This document shows, piece by piece, positions 23,901 through 32,737 of a DNA stretch of 37,991 nucleotides (its first letter is position 1; the number at the start of each line of letters is the position of its first letter). Location of the stretch: positions 1-37,991 of the forward strand of contig CAYJNC010000001.1 in NCBI GenBank assembly GCA_964371185.1, given 5' to 3'. The stretch is from an uncultured Christensenellaceae bacterium. Its GTDB lineage: Bacteria > Bacillota > Clostridia > Christensenellales > Christensenellaceae. The notes beneath the pieces are model-generated. The model had not been told where the DNA came from and made no database searches. It worked only from the letters and a program-made list of their open reading frames with translations. The position numbers and the translations under genes were made by a program.

Positions 23901-24789
23901 TGTTGTGTTTAGTGGACAGGGAGATGTGAGCAGTTTATTGCCAGGCAAAGACTACACTGTTAGTGCAAATTTTGCGAGTGCAAATGCAGGTAATAATATT
24001 GCTGTAAGCGGAACGGTTACTTTGCAAAATGATAGTTATGAGCTTAATAACTCGGCTTTGCCGAGTGGGGTGAGTGCGAATATTTTGCAAAAACCTATAG
24101 ATTCGGCAAATGTGATTCTCGGTGTTGCTTTGGTGGCAACAGGGCAAGAGCAGACACAAACGGTTTCTTCGGTTGTGGTTGACGGTGTGAAACTCGTTGA
24201 AAATGTTGATTATGTTGTAAGCGGAAACGTGGTAACAAATGCAGGTGATTATACTCTGACGATAACCGGAAAAGGTAATTATGGCGGAAGTATTGCAAAA
24301 GCATTTACCGTGACAAGTGCATCGACGGGTGGAGGTACATTGCCCTATCAACCGGGTGGTGTGGTAGACCCGGGTGGGTCGGAAGTGCCGGGTGGAAATT
24401 CTATTATAATTTCGCCGTTGCCGTCTGAAAAGCAACAGGAAGATTTAGAAAAGTTGACAGATTATGCGGAAAAAAATAACATAAGCGGAACGGTTACATT
24501 CTTAGAAGACATAACAATGAAAGACGCAAATGGCAATGAAGTTCAGCCGAGCGGGAACAACACGAAGATTCGTATAGATGTTCCCGGGCTTACGACAAAA
24601 GACACTGTGACGGTGTTGCATATTAAAGACGACGGCAGTGTAGAGCAAATTTTGCCGGTGTGGGTGTATATGGGATATGTAGAGTTTTATCCCACAAGTT
24701 TTTCGACCTACAGTGTTATAGTGCATAAATATGTTGAGCCGAGTGTCGATACAAGTGTTTCATATACCTCGCCTAAAACAGGGCAGTGA
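20944..24789 (+). CDS. Large secreted repetitive cell-surface protein (beta-helix-like GxGIGG modules plus MBG/YDG-type adhesin repeats)
   Basis: 1281 aa. Signal peptide MTSSKKVLALILIICLIVTLVPATVGFAEG. Two homologous modules (...TLTIVQESTGSLEVSGGNRAAGIGG...VNIHGGSIVA... and ...TLTITKESTGSLEAVSKGTGAAIGG...VNIYGGIIKA...). Three Ig-like repeats carry NVGDY/NAGDY and KTYDGT motifs. A Gly/Pro linker follows. The C-terminus ends ...YTSPKTGQ*. Confidence 0.85.
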   Translation: MTSSKKVLALILIICLIVTLVPATVGFAEGAEPEKPADIVEIISVTPLATEIATQKIVVDDTTTIPTLADKISATVKTTTHTTQNEDGTWQTTSSEETEELAVTYALAEGSTFATTEPAQFIYTATLADNTLTLAQGVALPQITVDVVAKVAEQPGDPKQPEPEQAPPAVKTITEIADPTPIEIELNQEITEQVLLATFPTELSATVDGVQEDVAVVAWKFVFSSTNTPFATAVKAEYYYEPTLAEGYTLSSEIFSPSQKVQVGEALVHNPTPASTGDFSVVGGTINDDYTFGANSAGIDVLTIKSDKELIISGTTLSDVIVIEDGITANITLNDLNIDVNNSADVCAFEIAGTATANIKLVGTNALKSGIREAGLQVTSGATLTIVQESTGSLEVSGGNRAAGIGGSVGNSGGTVNIHGGSIVATGGASGAGIGSGAFLLTDTIERTGGKITITGGGVVASNLGYAAGIGGGAYCQGAEVIISGGVVYATDKDADGIGGGFSSNGQNGTFSTTGSAGNTGNAYIFASSIGDKTHLDSWSGIIFEGDLGKVYGDVTVTNVFTLPSGKTLEVPTDGKITVPSGKQINIEAGAIMNIATTGGVENNGEIFNYGTINTAEKITGSGAIYPIAGNENPVVSVGATEYYLRLDGTNKQFSYDNSNWEKYTGTVTIKGSTTENQVTIFSGEHDIIFDNLSMLMSNRNTSPFRIENSGVANITLKGDNKLSSFGYAGTLEFTYPATLTITKESTGSLEAVSKGTGAAIGGDNEEIGGIVNIYGGIIKAIAEENGAGIGGANGKEGGIVNIYGGSVEASSVLGMSIGAGESRFDNPGSINYIKPTGNVNSIQILAGGDAANTTAYKTTDEYYKNKYVKIDIQEVVPTVNLGQALMYSGAEQTQTVASVMLGSVALDANTEYTLSNNKATNVGDYELTANVNIDGSGKYDDVQKVTYLGESSVTQKFSIAKAQISIASAAAKNKTYDGTSVAAVDVVFSGQGDVSSLLPGKDYTVSANFASANAGNNIAVSGTVTLQNDSYELNNSALPSGVSANILQKPIDSANVILGVALVATGQEQTQTVSSVVVDGVKLVENVDYVVSGNVVTNAGDYTLTITGKGNYGGSIAKAFTVTSASTGGGTLPYQPGGVVDPGGSEVPGGNSIIISPLPSEKQQEDLEKLTDYAEKNNISGTVTFLEDITMKDANGNEVQPSGNNTKIRIDVPGLTTKDTVTVLHIKDDGSVEQILPVWVYMGYVEFYPTSFSTYSVIVHKYVEPSVDTSVSYTSPKTGQ

Positions 24790-24828
24790 AGAATTGCAGA
24801 TTAAATAATTAAGACCTTAGGGTGAATG

Positions 24829-24882
24829 TGCCGACCCCCAAAAGTTAGACTGATAATCTAACGATTAGGAGGTCGGCATTTT
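24829..24882 (+). terminator. Terminator after the surface-protein gene
   Basis: TGCCGACCCCC (24829-24839) pairs with GGAGGTCGGCA (24868-24878), with one mismatch. An inner GTTAGA/TCTAAC hairpin sits in the loop. Followed by TTTT. Confidence 0.6.
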
Positions 24883-25220
24883 GATTTGTCGGCATTATTA
24901 TCGGTAGGATAAAATAAAAAGACATAGCGTTTACGGGTAAGAGCGTTTAAGTTAGCTGTGGTGCGGCAAGAAAATTAAGCGGATTATTTTCAAACCCTAA
25001 GATGTTTAAATGTTTGGTTGCCTAACAAGATTAGGTTGCTTCTTTAGAGTGGATTCGACAGAAATCGGAGTATAAGAAAAATAAAAATTCATGCAAACCG
25101 GATTTTACCTAAAATACAGGTTAAAATTAAAATGATTTATCCTTGACCGTTGGAATTTTCTAAGTTCTTCGGGCACTTATTCGTTGTATATCGGCGCATG
25201 AATATCGTTGATTTTACAAT

Positions 25221-25252
25221 AAACACAACCCATACCTCAGTGGGCTGTGTTT
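25221..25252. terminator. Hairpin directly abutting the stop of the minus-strand epimerase gene (possible bidirectional terminator)
   Basis: AAACACAACCCA pairs with TGGGCTGTGTTT (one mismatch, 8-nt loop). The T-run on the plus side is TTTTAT. The U-tract on the minus side is weaker. Confidence 0.4.
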
Positions 25253-26377
25253 TTATAGTAGATCACAAATTTTTTCGGCTGCGTGTCCGTCGCCGTAGTA
25301 GGCGCTATAATTGTCTTTATCTGTTATGGTGTCAAAAACTTTAGACAAAATGTCTTTTGTGTTTGGTTTGGCTAAAATGTTGTAACCACCGTTTAAAGTC
25401 TCCGTCCATTCGGTCTGGTCTCTTACTGTAACACAAGGGGTTTTTAGTATATAACTTTCTTTCTGTAAACCGCCTGAGTCGGTTATTACTTTTTTCGCAT
25501 TTTTGGTAAAGAATAACATTTCGGAATAGCCGACGGGTTCAACAAAAAGAATATTTTTGAACGAAAGTTCGTTGTTTAAACTGTCTACCATGTTACGCAC
25601 ACGAGGGTGTACCGGGAAAATTACGGGAGCATCTAATTGTTCGAATGCAGACAATATTTCTCTTATTTTTGAAATATCATCGGTGTTTTCGGCTCTGTGA
25701 ATGGTAGCTAAATAACAATCGGACAAGCAAGAGGGAAGTACGGTAGAAAAAATAGGCTGTAACCTATTGATGTATTCGCTTGAATCCGTAGAAAGCGCAC
25801 TCGCATAGCTAAGCACGGCATCGCACATAACGTCGCCTACGCAATGAACGCCGTTTTTTATGCCTTCATTTGCCAAATTATCTACTGCCTGCATAGTTGG
25901 GCAAAACAACAATTCAGATAATTTATCGGTGACTATCCTGTTTTGTTCTTCGGGCATATTCATGTTAAACGAACGCAACCCGGCCTCTACGTGTGCTATG
26001 GGGATAAGTATTTTAGATGCCGCTAAGGCACCTGCTATTGTTGAATTTGTGTCGCCGTATAAAAGAAGGTATTCGGGTTTTTCTTTTAATAAAATTTCTT
26101 CTATTCCTATCATCATCTTAGCTGTCTGAACCGCATGGCTACCCGAACCTACGCCCAATTGATATTTGGGTTTTTCCATGTTTAGTTCACTAAAAAATAT
26201 GTCAGACATATTGCTGTCGTAGTGTTGCCCTGTATGAATAACTATTTCTTCGTGATTTTTATTTAAAACTCGAGATACTATGGCCGCCTTAACAAATTGC
26301 GGACGAGCACCTATTACTGTTGCAATTTTCAATTTATTTATCTTCACTTTCTTATTGTATTTATTATTATGATACAA
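25253..26377 (-). CDS. wecB: UDP-N-acetylglucosamine (or UDP-diNAc-uronate) 2-epimerase, non-hydrolysing WecB/WbpI family
   Basis: VIGARPQFVKAA, VIHTGQHYD, HVEAGLRSFN, PEEQNR motifs. The ORF-track start is TTG. The true start may be the internal GTG/TTG near KINKLKIATV. Confidence 0.88.
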   Translation of the reverse strand: MYHNNKYNKKVKINKLKIATVIGARPQFVKAAIVSRVLNKNHEEIVIHTGQHYDSNMSDIFFSELNMEKPKYQLGVGSGSHAVQTAKMMIGIEEILLKEKPEYLLLYGDTNSTIAGALAASKILIPIAHVEAGLRSFNMNMPEEQNRIVTDKLSELLFCPTMQAVDNLANEGIKNGVHCVGDVMCDAVLSYASALSTDSSEYINRLQPIFSTVLPSCLSDCYLATIHRAENTDDISKIREILSAFEQLDAPVIFPVHPRVRNMVDSLNNELSFKNILFVEPVGYSEMLFFTKNAKKVITDSGGLQKESYILKTPCVTVRDQTEWTETLNGGYNILAKPNTKDILSKVFDTITDKDNYSAYYGDGHAAEKICDLL

Positions 26378-26416
26378 TAAATCGGATGTTATGTAAATAT
26401 TATTGATATTAATATG

Positions 26417-27595
26417 TTAGAACAAAAAGGAAACTTCTTTGTCGAACAATTCAACAAAATGCTCGTAACTGTATAGCGGATTGCAAACAATTTCTTCGTA
26501 TGCGGCTTCGGTTATTTTTTTTCTTGTTTCCGGGTCTAAAAAAAGGCTCATGACTTCTTCTATATTGCTCCAGTCTTTCTTTATGGGAATATAATGCCTA
26601 TATGGCTTGAATATATCTTGATAGTGTCCTTCATACATCAACTGAACGGCAAAACAGGCGGCGGCTTCAAAATGCTTGGGGGCAACCGCTCGGTATTGCG
26701 GACCGTTTTCGTAAGGCGCCAACACCGTAGAGAATAATTCTTTGGGGGAGGCATTTTTATTGTTTGACAAATATTCATTTATAATTTTTTCGGCACTGCC
26801 GTCGAAGTCTACAATGCTTGTGCCCGATTCTGTTGCAAGCACTCCGCAAGAATTGCCCAACAATTTGAAATATTCTACCGCCGCCAAACGTTTGCTATTT
26901 TCGGAAGAAATATCGGTAATTAAATTATATTGTTTGGTATGTGCCAAAAAGGATTCGCCTATTTCGTATTTTTCATATGCCAAACTGCCGAAAGAATAGG
27001 GGAGTTTGTTGCCCCTATAGCTAACTTGTATGGGTCTGTTTTCTTCAAATTTATAGGGTAAGTTGCGAAGGTCGTCTAATACATATCGGGTAAGGTACGA
27101 AATAAACTTAGTTTTCTCAAACATTTTTTTCGGATAGAATTGCTCTATGTTGGTTTGGTCGCACAAAGTAAAAACCAAGTCGAAATTTAATTGTTTTAAA
27201 AATTCGATTCTATCGTTTAACCGGTCGTACTCGTCTTGCATAAAAAGAATTTTTTTGCCTGCATAATTATTTAGTTTTTGCTTGGAAAACTTGTCGAATT
27301 GATATAACGATGTAATTGGTTTATAAGTAACCGTATAATGAAATATTAGGCCATCGTATTTAGATAAATCTATATTTTTTGGCAACATTCGCAAATTTGC
27401 AAGGTTTAAATGGTCTATTTCATAGGTGGAATTATCTATTAGAGAATGAATCATAGGTACAAATGTATTTGTAACATCTTCTTTGTAAGCGGCAAACATA
27501 AGCAGTTTTGGCTTTTTTCCATCTTTTTTGGCAGATGGTATTATACAAGGCGGGTTAAATGTGTGGTTGAATAATTGTTTTACCCTGTTTGGCAT
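26417..27595 (-). CDS. Hypothetical protein, putative CgeB-like/GT1-related glycosyltransferase
   Basis: 392 aa. The C-terminal PKHFEAAACFAVQLMYEGHYQDIFKPYRHYIPIKKDWSNIEEV...ETRKKITEAAYEEIV resembles, from memory, the CgeB-type glycosyltransferase C-terminal domain. The N-terminal two thirds are unassigned. Confidence 0.45.
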   Translation of the reverse strand: MPNRVKQLFNHTFNPPCIIPSAKKDGKKPKLLMFAAYKEDVTNTFVPMIHSLIDNSTYEIDHLNLANLRMLPKNIDLSKYDGLIFHYTVTYKPITSLYQFDKFSKQKLNNYAGKKILFMQDEYDRLNDRIEFLKQLNFDLVFTLCDQTNIEQFYPKKMFEKTKFISYLTRYVLDDLRNLPYKFEENRPIQVSYRGNKLPYSFGSLAYEKYEIGESFLAHTKQYNLITDISSENSKRLAAVEYFKLLGNSCGVLATESGTSIVDFDGSAEKIINEYLSNNKNASPKELFSTVLAPYENGPQYRAVAPKHFEAAACFAVQLMYEGHYQDIFKPYRHYIPIKKDWSNIEEVMSLFLDPETRKKITEAAYEEIVCNPLYSYEHFVELFDKEVSFLF

Positions 27596-27632
27596 TTGTT
27601 ACTCCTTTTTATTGCGAAAATTTGTTTGCTTT

Positions 27633-28709
27633 TTACTCAGACATCGAAGAGGTGTAAACATTAATCATATCCTCAACGTTTTTTGAAAAATCATATAATT
27701 TTTCTGTGTGTGATAGTGCCGCCTCTCCTATTTTATATCGCAATTCCTTGTCTAAAAGCAATTTTTCCATGGCGTGCGCGAGTTTTTTTTCGTCTGACAC
27801 AGGAACTATAATACCGCAATCTTTGTTTGAAATTATCTCTTTTGCGCCCTCGGTTGCGGTTGCGATAACCGGAAGTTTCATTGCCATAGCCTCTATTATG
27901 GCGACACCAAAACTTTCTTGTAGGCTACACGACAAAAAAACATCGCTTTTTGCGAGAATTTCCGGGATTTTATCGTTATTAACATAACCTTTCAAAATTA
28001 CCTTGTCGGTTAAATTTAGGGTGTTTATTTGTTGTTTAAGCGAGTTTTCGAGTGAACCCTTGCCGTATATTAACAATTTGAAATCTAATTTTGAGCGAGA
28101 GACAAGCATGTGAAATGCGTTTATTGCATTTTCGATACCGTAAATCGGCTCTAAAGATTTTACAATTACAAAGGTGGTACTGTCGGTGTTTTTTGTGTAT
28201 TTACCTACATTAAAGACGGATAAATCTACACCGAATGGGACGACCGCAACTTCGTTTTGCAAATTTGGCACTATTTTTTTAACTTGCACTGCCATTGCCT
28301 TGCTTGAAGAAACAATGTACTTTGCCGCACAAATATTTTTTTTGATTAAGTTGAACCAAAATTTACCTTTATAGGGAAAACTGTATACGTCACTTCCCCA
28401 AACGGTAAGCACAAGGGGTTTTGCTTGTGCTAAACGAGCTAAAGTGCCGTACCCGCTTGCGTAGTGAGCATTTATAATATCGTATTTATTTTGTTTCAAT
28501 ATTGAAGAAACCGTCTTTCCACAAAGAAAATAGCCGAATTTTGTGCCTTTGTTAAGAGCTATCACTTTTACATCCGAACACAACATGCCTTTGCTATCCG
28601 AATGCGAACGCAAGGTAATAATATCTACACTATGATTTTTTTTAACTAAAGCATTCGCCCATTTTATGGTGTGAATGCTGTTGGCGGGAGCTAACAGACA
28701 AATTTTCAA
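27633..28709 (-). CDS. Glycosyltransferase family 4 (GT-B, retaining)
   Basis: 358 aa. The ESFGVAIIEAMAMKLPVIAT E-x7-E motif and overall GT4 pattern. Confidence 0.85.
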   Translation of the reverse strand: MKICLLAPANSIHTIKWANALVKKNHSVDIITLRSHSDSKGMLCSDVKVIALNKGTKFGYFLCGKTVSSILKQNKYDIINAHYASGYGTLARLAQAKPLVLTVWGSDVYSFPYKGKFWFNLIKKNICAAKYIVSSSKAMAVQVKKIVPNLQNEVAVVPFGVDLSVFNVGKYTKNTDSTTFVIVKSLEPIYGIENAINAFHMLVSRSKLDFKLLIYGKGSLENSLKQQINTLNLTDKVILKGYVNNDKIPEILAKSDVFLSCSLQESFGVAIIEAMAMKLPVIATATEGAKEIISNKDCGIIVPVSDEKKLAHAMEKLLLDKELRYKIGEAALSHTEKLYDFSKNVEDMINVYTSSMSE

Positions 28710-28832
28710 AATACACCTCTTTCATAAAAAATTTTAATATAATTATGTTGTTTCGTCAATTACATGTTGCGGGAATTTTAAAATGGTTTTGTTGGTTATT
28801 GAAATATTGAGATTTGCGGATATTGCATTTGC

Positions 28833-28861
28833 TTGAAAAGATACGGTTTTTCGTATATAAT
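28833..28861 (+). promoter_or_regulatory. Promoter for the phosphoglycosyl-transferase gene, in a divergent intergenic region
   Basis: TTGAAA (28833-28838), 17-nt spacer, TATAAT (28856-28861). GGAGG RBS at 28889-28893. Confidence 0.5.
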
Positions 28862-28896
28862 GAAAATAGTTATTTAGATAGTTTTTTGGAGGTAGT

Positions 28897-30210
28897 ATGA
28901 AACAGAACAGTAAATATACAATATTATTTGCAAAGTTGGTTTTAGTGTTTATACTTGTTGCGGCATTTACCGTCACTTGGTATATTTTTTACAGTCAAGC
29001 TATTCCTTTTCCGTTTTTCAGAAGGGGAAATTGGTTGATAGTATTTTTATATGCTTTCCTATACTATGTTTTGGGCAAACAAATGGGTGCATTCCATGTG
29101 GGAATGAATTCGAAAAGCGACATCATTTATGCGCAAATTCTTACATTAATAATACTGAATGTATTTACATACTTTGAAATAAGTTTGATCGGCAGGTATT
29201 GGTTAGATGCGAATGGTATGCTTATCATGACGGCTGTGCAAATAGCAACGATTGTTATTTGGTCTGTTTGCGTTTTGCGTCTGCATTCAAAATTACATCC
29301 TCCGCAAAATATGGTGTTTTTGTATGACGTCAATTTAGACAAGTCGTTTGCGGAAAAAATAGCGAAGCACAACAAAAAATTTATTATCAAAGATTGTGTA
29401 GACATAAACATGCCGGAAGATGAATTGCTTGTTGTCTTAAAGAATTACGATGCGGCCATTTTGTGTGGCGCGGACACTGCCAAGCAGAACGAAATACTGA
29501 AAATTTGCTATCGGTTGGGAAAAAGATTGCATGTTTTGCCCACAGTTTCAGACATAATCATGAACGGTGCCGAGCAAACCTACATGTTTGATACCCCTTT
29601 GTTTTTATGCCGTAACACCGGTTTTAGCGCAAGCCAACTCATAACCAAACGCATTACAGATGTTTTATTAGCGCTTGTTGGGTGTGTTGTTGCCGTGCCT
29701 TTTTTAATTGTAATAGCGATCATGATAAAAATAGACGACGGCGGCCCGGTATTTTATACGCAGACTCGGTGTACCATCGGCGGAAAACAATTTAAGTTAT
29801 ATAAATTCAGAACGATGTGCGTTGATGCAGAAGCTGACGGCGTTGCACGTATGTCTTCTAAAACAGACGACAGGGTAACACGAGTGGGCAGAAAAATAAG
29901 AAAAATGCGCCTCGACGAGATTCCGCAATTTATTAACATACTGAAGGGGGACATCTCTATCATAGGGCCGCGCCCCGAACGTCCGGAACTTATAGAAGAA
30001 TATCGGAAAACCATACCCGAGTTTGATTTTCGATTAAAGGTGAAAGCAGGGCTAACCGGATATGCGCAGGTTTTGGGTAAGTACAGTACCAAACCGCAAG
30101 ACAAATTATTGTTAGATTTAGCATATATTGAAAATTACAGTTTTTGGTTGGACATAAAAATAGCGCTTATAACATTAAAAATATTGTTTACACCCTCAAG
30201 TACAGATTAA
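28897..30210 (+). CDS. Polyprenyl-phosphate sugar-phosphate transferase (bacterial sugar transferase, WbaP/EpsL-like initiating enzyme)
   Basis: 437 aa. N-terminal TM helices. DGGPVFYTQTRCTIGGKQFKLYKFRTM, DEIPQFINILKGDISIIGPRP, GLTGYAQV. Confidence 0.9.
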   Translation: MKQNSKYTILFAKLVLVFILVAAFTVTWYIFYSQAIPFPFFRRGNWLIVFLYAFLYYVLGKQMGAFHVGMNSKSDIIYAQILTLIILNVFTYFEISLIGRYWLDANGMLIMTAVQIATIVIWSVCVLRLHSKLHPPQNMVFLYDVNLDKSFAEKIAKHNKKFIIKDCVDINMPEDELLVVLKNYDAAILCGADTAKQNEILKICYRLGKRLHVLPTVSDIIMNGAEQTYMFDTPLFLCRNTGFSASQLITKRITDVLLALVGCVVAVPFLIVIAIMIKIDDGGPVFYTQTRCTIGGKQFKLYKFRTMCVDAEADGVARMSSKTDDRVTRVGRKIRKMRLDEIPQFINILKGDISIIGPRPERPELIEEYRKTIPEFDFRLKVKAGLTGYAQVLGKYSTKPQDKLLLDLAYIENYSFWLDIKIALITLKILFTPSSTD

Positions 30211-30246
30211 GCGGTATGTGCTTTAGGTTGCTTTATTAATTGTGTA

Positions 30247-30285
30247 AAAACGGTGTTTGTTGTTTACAATGACACCGTTTTATTA
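30247..30285 (+). terminator. Rho-independent terminator
   Basis: AAAACGGTGT (30247-30256) pairs with ACACCGTTTT (30272-30281) and is followed by a T-rich run. Confidence 0.6.
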
Positions 30286-30387
30286 TATTATATAAGAGAT
30301 ATTTAAGCGTAGCATGGGGATAAATAAAAAACCGCCAAAAATATCATTAAGCGATATTTTGCTTAACTAACACGAGAGGAATAAGGA

Positions 30388-31644
30388 ATGAAGAAGACGG
30401 TTTACATATTTAATCATTATTCACATACGCCCGAAAACGGAACAAATACAACGCATTATATGTTTGCAAAGTATTTGCAAGATGCGGGATACGATGTGAA
30501 GATTTTTACCGCAAGTGCAATTCATAATACAAATATAAATGAAATAACAGATAATAAGACTTATATAGAAAAAACAATAGATGGTAGAGATTTTGTTTTT
30601 ATAAACACAAGAGATTATTCGGGTAACGGAAAACAAAGAATGCTTAATATGATAGATTATTATAAAGGGTTGCTTAAAGTTACCAAAAATTTTAAAAAGC
30701 CGGACATTATTTATGCTTCTTCGCCGCATATTTTCACATTGCGTGCCGGGCTTAAGGTGGCAAAAAGGTTCAAGGTTCCTTGTGTGTGTGAAGTAAGAGA
30801 CTTGTGGCCGGAAGCCATTGTTGAATATTCTAAATATACTGCAAGCCATCCGTTGATAAAAATGCTTTATCGCATGGAAAAAAAGATATATAAAAAGGCA
30901 GACGCGCTTATTTATACTATGGCGGGCAGTGTTGATTATATTACCGAAAAAGGTTGGCAAAATGATATAGATTTAACTAAAATTAATTGGATAAACAACG
31001 GAATAGAGTGCGAAGAGCATGATAAGAATTTAGAAAAATATCCGTGTGATGATGAAGAAATGAATGACGAAACCACATTTAAAGTAGTGTATACGGGGAG
31101 TATGCGAAAGGCAAACGGCATAGAAGACATATTAGAGTATGCGAAGGCGGTTGCAAAAAAAGGTTATGACAATATAAAATTCATACTTTATGGCGAGGGC
31201 GAGCAGACCGACCAACTTATTAAAGAGTGTGCTAAGCAAAAAATAGAAAACATCAGCTTTAAGGGGTTTGTGCCCAAATATTATTTGCCGGCAATATTAA
31301 ACAAGGCAGATTTATGTTTGGGACATTACAAGGAAGCGAAGACTTCACGCTTTGGTACGAGCAACTTTAAAATGTTTGAGTATTTGGCAAGCGGAAAACC
31401 CATACTATATACCATCAAAACAAAATACAGTATTGTTGAAGAATATGGTTGCGGTATTGAACTTGAAACGAGAGACCCGGAAAAAATTGCAGACGAAATA
31501 ATAAAAATATATAACATGAGTGAAGAACAAAAGAAATTATGGAGCGAAAACGCAAAAAGGGCCGCACATGATTTTGATATAGCCGTTATGGCAAAAAAAC
31601 TTGAAAAGGTATTTGATAATACAATAAATAATTATAAGAAATAA
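30388..31644 (+). CDS. Glycosyltransferase family 4 (WbuB-like)
   Basis: 418 aa. N-terminal VYIFNHYSHTPENGTNTTHY pattern typical of WbuB/Cap-type GT4 enzymes, plus a GT-B C-terminal domain. Confidence 0.8.
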   Translation: MKKTVYIFNHYSHTPENGTNTTHYMFAKYLQDAGYDVKIFTASAIHNTNINEITDNKTYIEKTIDGRDFVFINTRDYSGNGKQRMLNMIDYYKGLLKVTKNFKKPDIIYASSPHIFTLRAGLKVAKRFKVPCVCEVRDLWPEAIVEYSKYTASHPLIKMLYRMEKKIYKKADALIYTMAGSVDYITEKGWQNDIDLTKINWINNGIECEEHDKNLEKYPCDDEEMNDETTFKVVYTGSMRKANGIEDILEYAKAVAKKGYDNIKFILYGEGEQTDQLIKECAKQKIENISFKGFVPKYYLPAILNKADLCLGHYKEAKTSRFGTSNFKMFEYLASGKPILYTIKTKYSIVEEYGCGIELETRDPEKIADEIIKIYNMSEEQKKLWSENAKRAAHDFDIAVMAKKLEKVFDNTINNYKK

Positions 31645-31657
31645 GGGGAAAATATTT

Positions 31658-32737
31658 ATGATAAAATATGCGATGATAGGATGCGGTAGGATTTCAAAAA
31701 ACCATATGCAGGCGTATTTGGCAAACAAAGAAAATTTAGAGTTGGTGGGTGTTTGCGACACGGTTGAACAAAATATGGCGAAAATGCTTATTGATGCGAA
31801 AATAGAAAATATTGCGCAATACAAAGATTACAAAGAAATGCTAAATAACGAAAAACCGCAGTTGGTGGCGATAGCAACCGAAAGCGGTCTGCACGCAGAG
31901 ATTGCAATAGATTGCATGAAAAGCGGTGCGAATGTAATTGTAGAAAAGCCTTTTGCGCTTTCGATGCAAGACGCAAGAAAAATGATCGAAGTGAAAAACG
32001 AGACGGGCAAAATATTGTATCCGTGTCATCAAAATAGGTTTAATAAGTCTATTCAAAAAATGCGTGAGGCAATGGAAGCCGGACGTTTTGGAAAACTTAT
32101 GCACGCAACCGCACACATCAGATGGAACAGGAACGAAGACTATTATACTCAAGCACCTTGGAGGGGAACATGGGAACAAGACGGCGGTGCTTTGATGAAC
32201 CAATGTATTCATAACATAGATTTAATTCGTTGGATGATGGGAGACGAAATAGAAGAAGTCTTTGCCTACACCGATAGAATAGAACACGACTACATTGCGG
32301 CCGAAGACTTGGGTATATCGCTTGTTAAGTTTAAAAACGGCAGCTATGGTGTTATTGAAGGCACAACAAATGTTTTCCCGAAAAACTTAGAAGAAACGCT
32401 ATATATTTTCGGTGAAAAAGGCACGGTAAAAGCCGGAGGTTCGGCGGTAAATAAATTGGAAGAATGGCGATTTGCGGATGAAGCAGACAACCCGGAAGAA
32501 ATATTAAGTGAATATAAAGAAACTCCTCCGAATGTTTATGGGTTTGGGCATACAAACTTATATGCAGACGCAATAAGCGCAGTCAAGGGTGAAAAGGAGC
32601 CGTATATTTCGGCGGAAGCGGGTATGCGTGCCTTAGAGCTTGTGCTTGCAATATATAAATCCAAAAAGACCGGATTGCCGGTTAAACTGCCCTTAGGCGA
32701 TTTTTCAACACTCGATATGGTGGGTACGTTTGAATGA
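31658..32737 (+). CDS. Gfo/Idh/MocA oxidoreductase, WbpB/WlbA-like UDP-GlcNAc(A) 3-dehydrogenase
   Basis: 359 aa. MIGCGRISKNH Rossmann N-terminus and VIVEKPFALS (EKP motif). Sits directly before the acetyltransferase and aminotransferase genes. Confidence 0.75.
   Translation: MIKYAMIGCGRISKNHMQAYLANKENLELVGVCDTVEQNMAKMLIDAKIENIAQYKDYKEMLNNEKPQLVAIATESGLHAEIAIDCMKSGANVIVEKPFALSMQDARKMIEVKNETGKILYPCHQNRFNKSIQKMREAMEAGRFGKLMHATAHIRWNRNEDYYTQAPWRGTWEQDGGALMNQCIHNIDLIRWMMGDEIEEVFAYTDRIEHDYIAAEDLGISLVKFKNGSYGVIEGTTNVFPKNLEETLYIFGEKGTVKAGGSAVNKLEEWRFADEADNPEEILSEYKETPPNVYGFGHTNLYADAISAVKGEKEPYISAEAGMRALELVLAIYKSKKTGLPVKLPLGDFSTLDMVGTFE

Noticed and set aside
25150-25344. 64-aa plus-strand ORF in the intergenic region overlapping the epimerase 3' end
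   Set aside because: It has no RBS, an Arg/Cys-rich nonsense-like translation, and overlaps both the terminator hairpin and the convergent gene.
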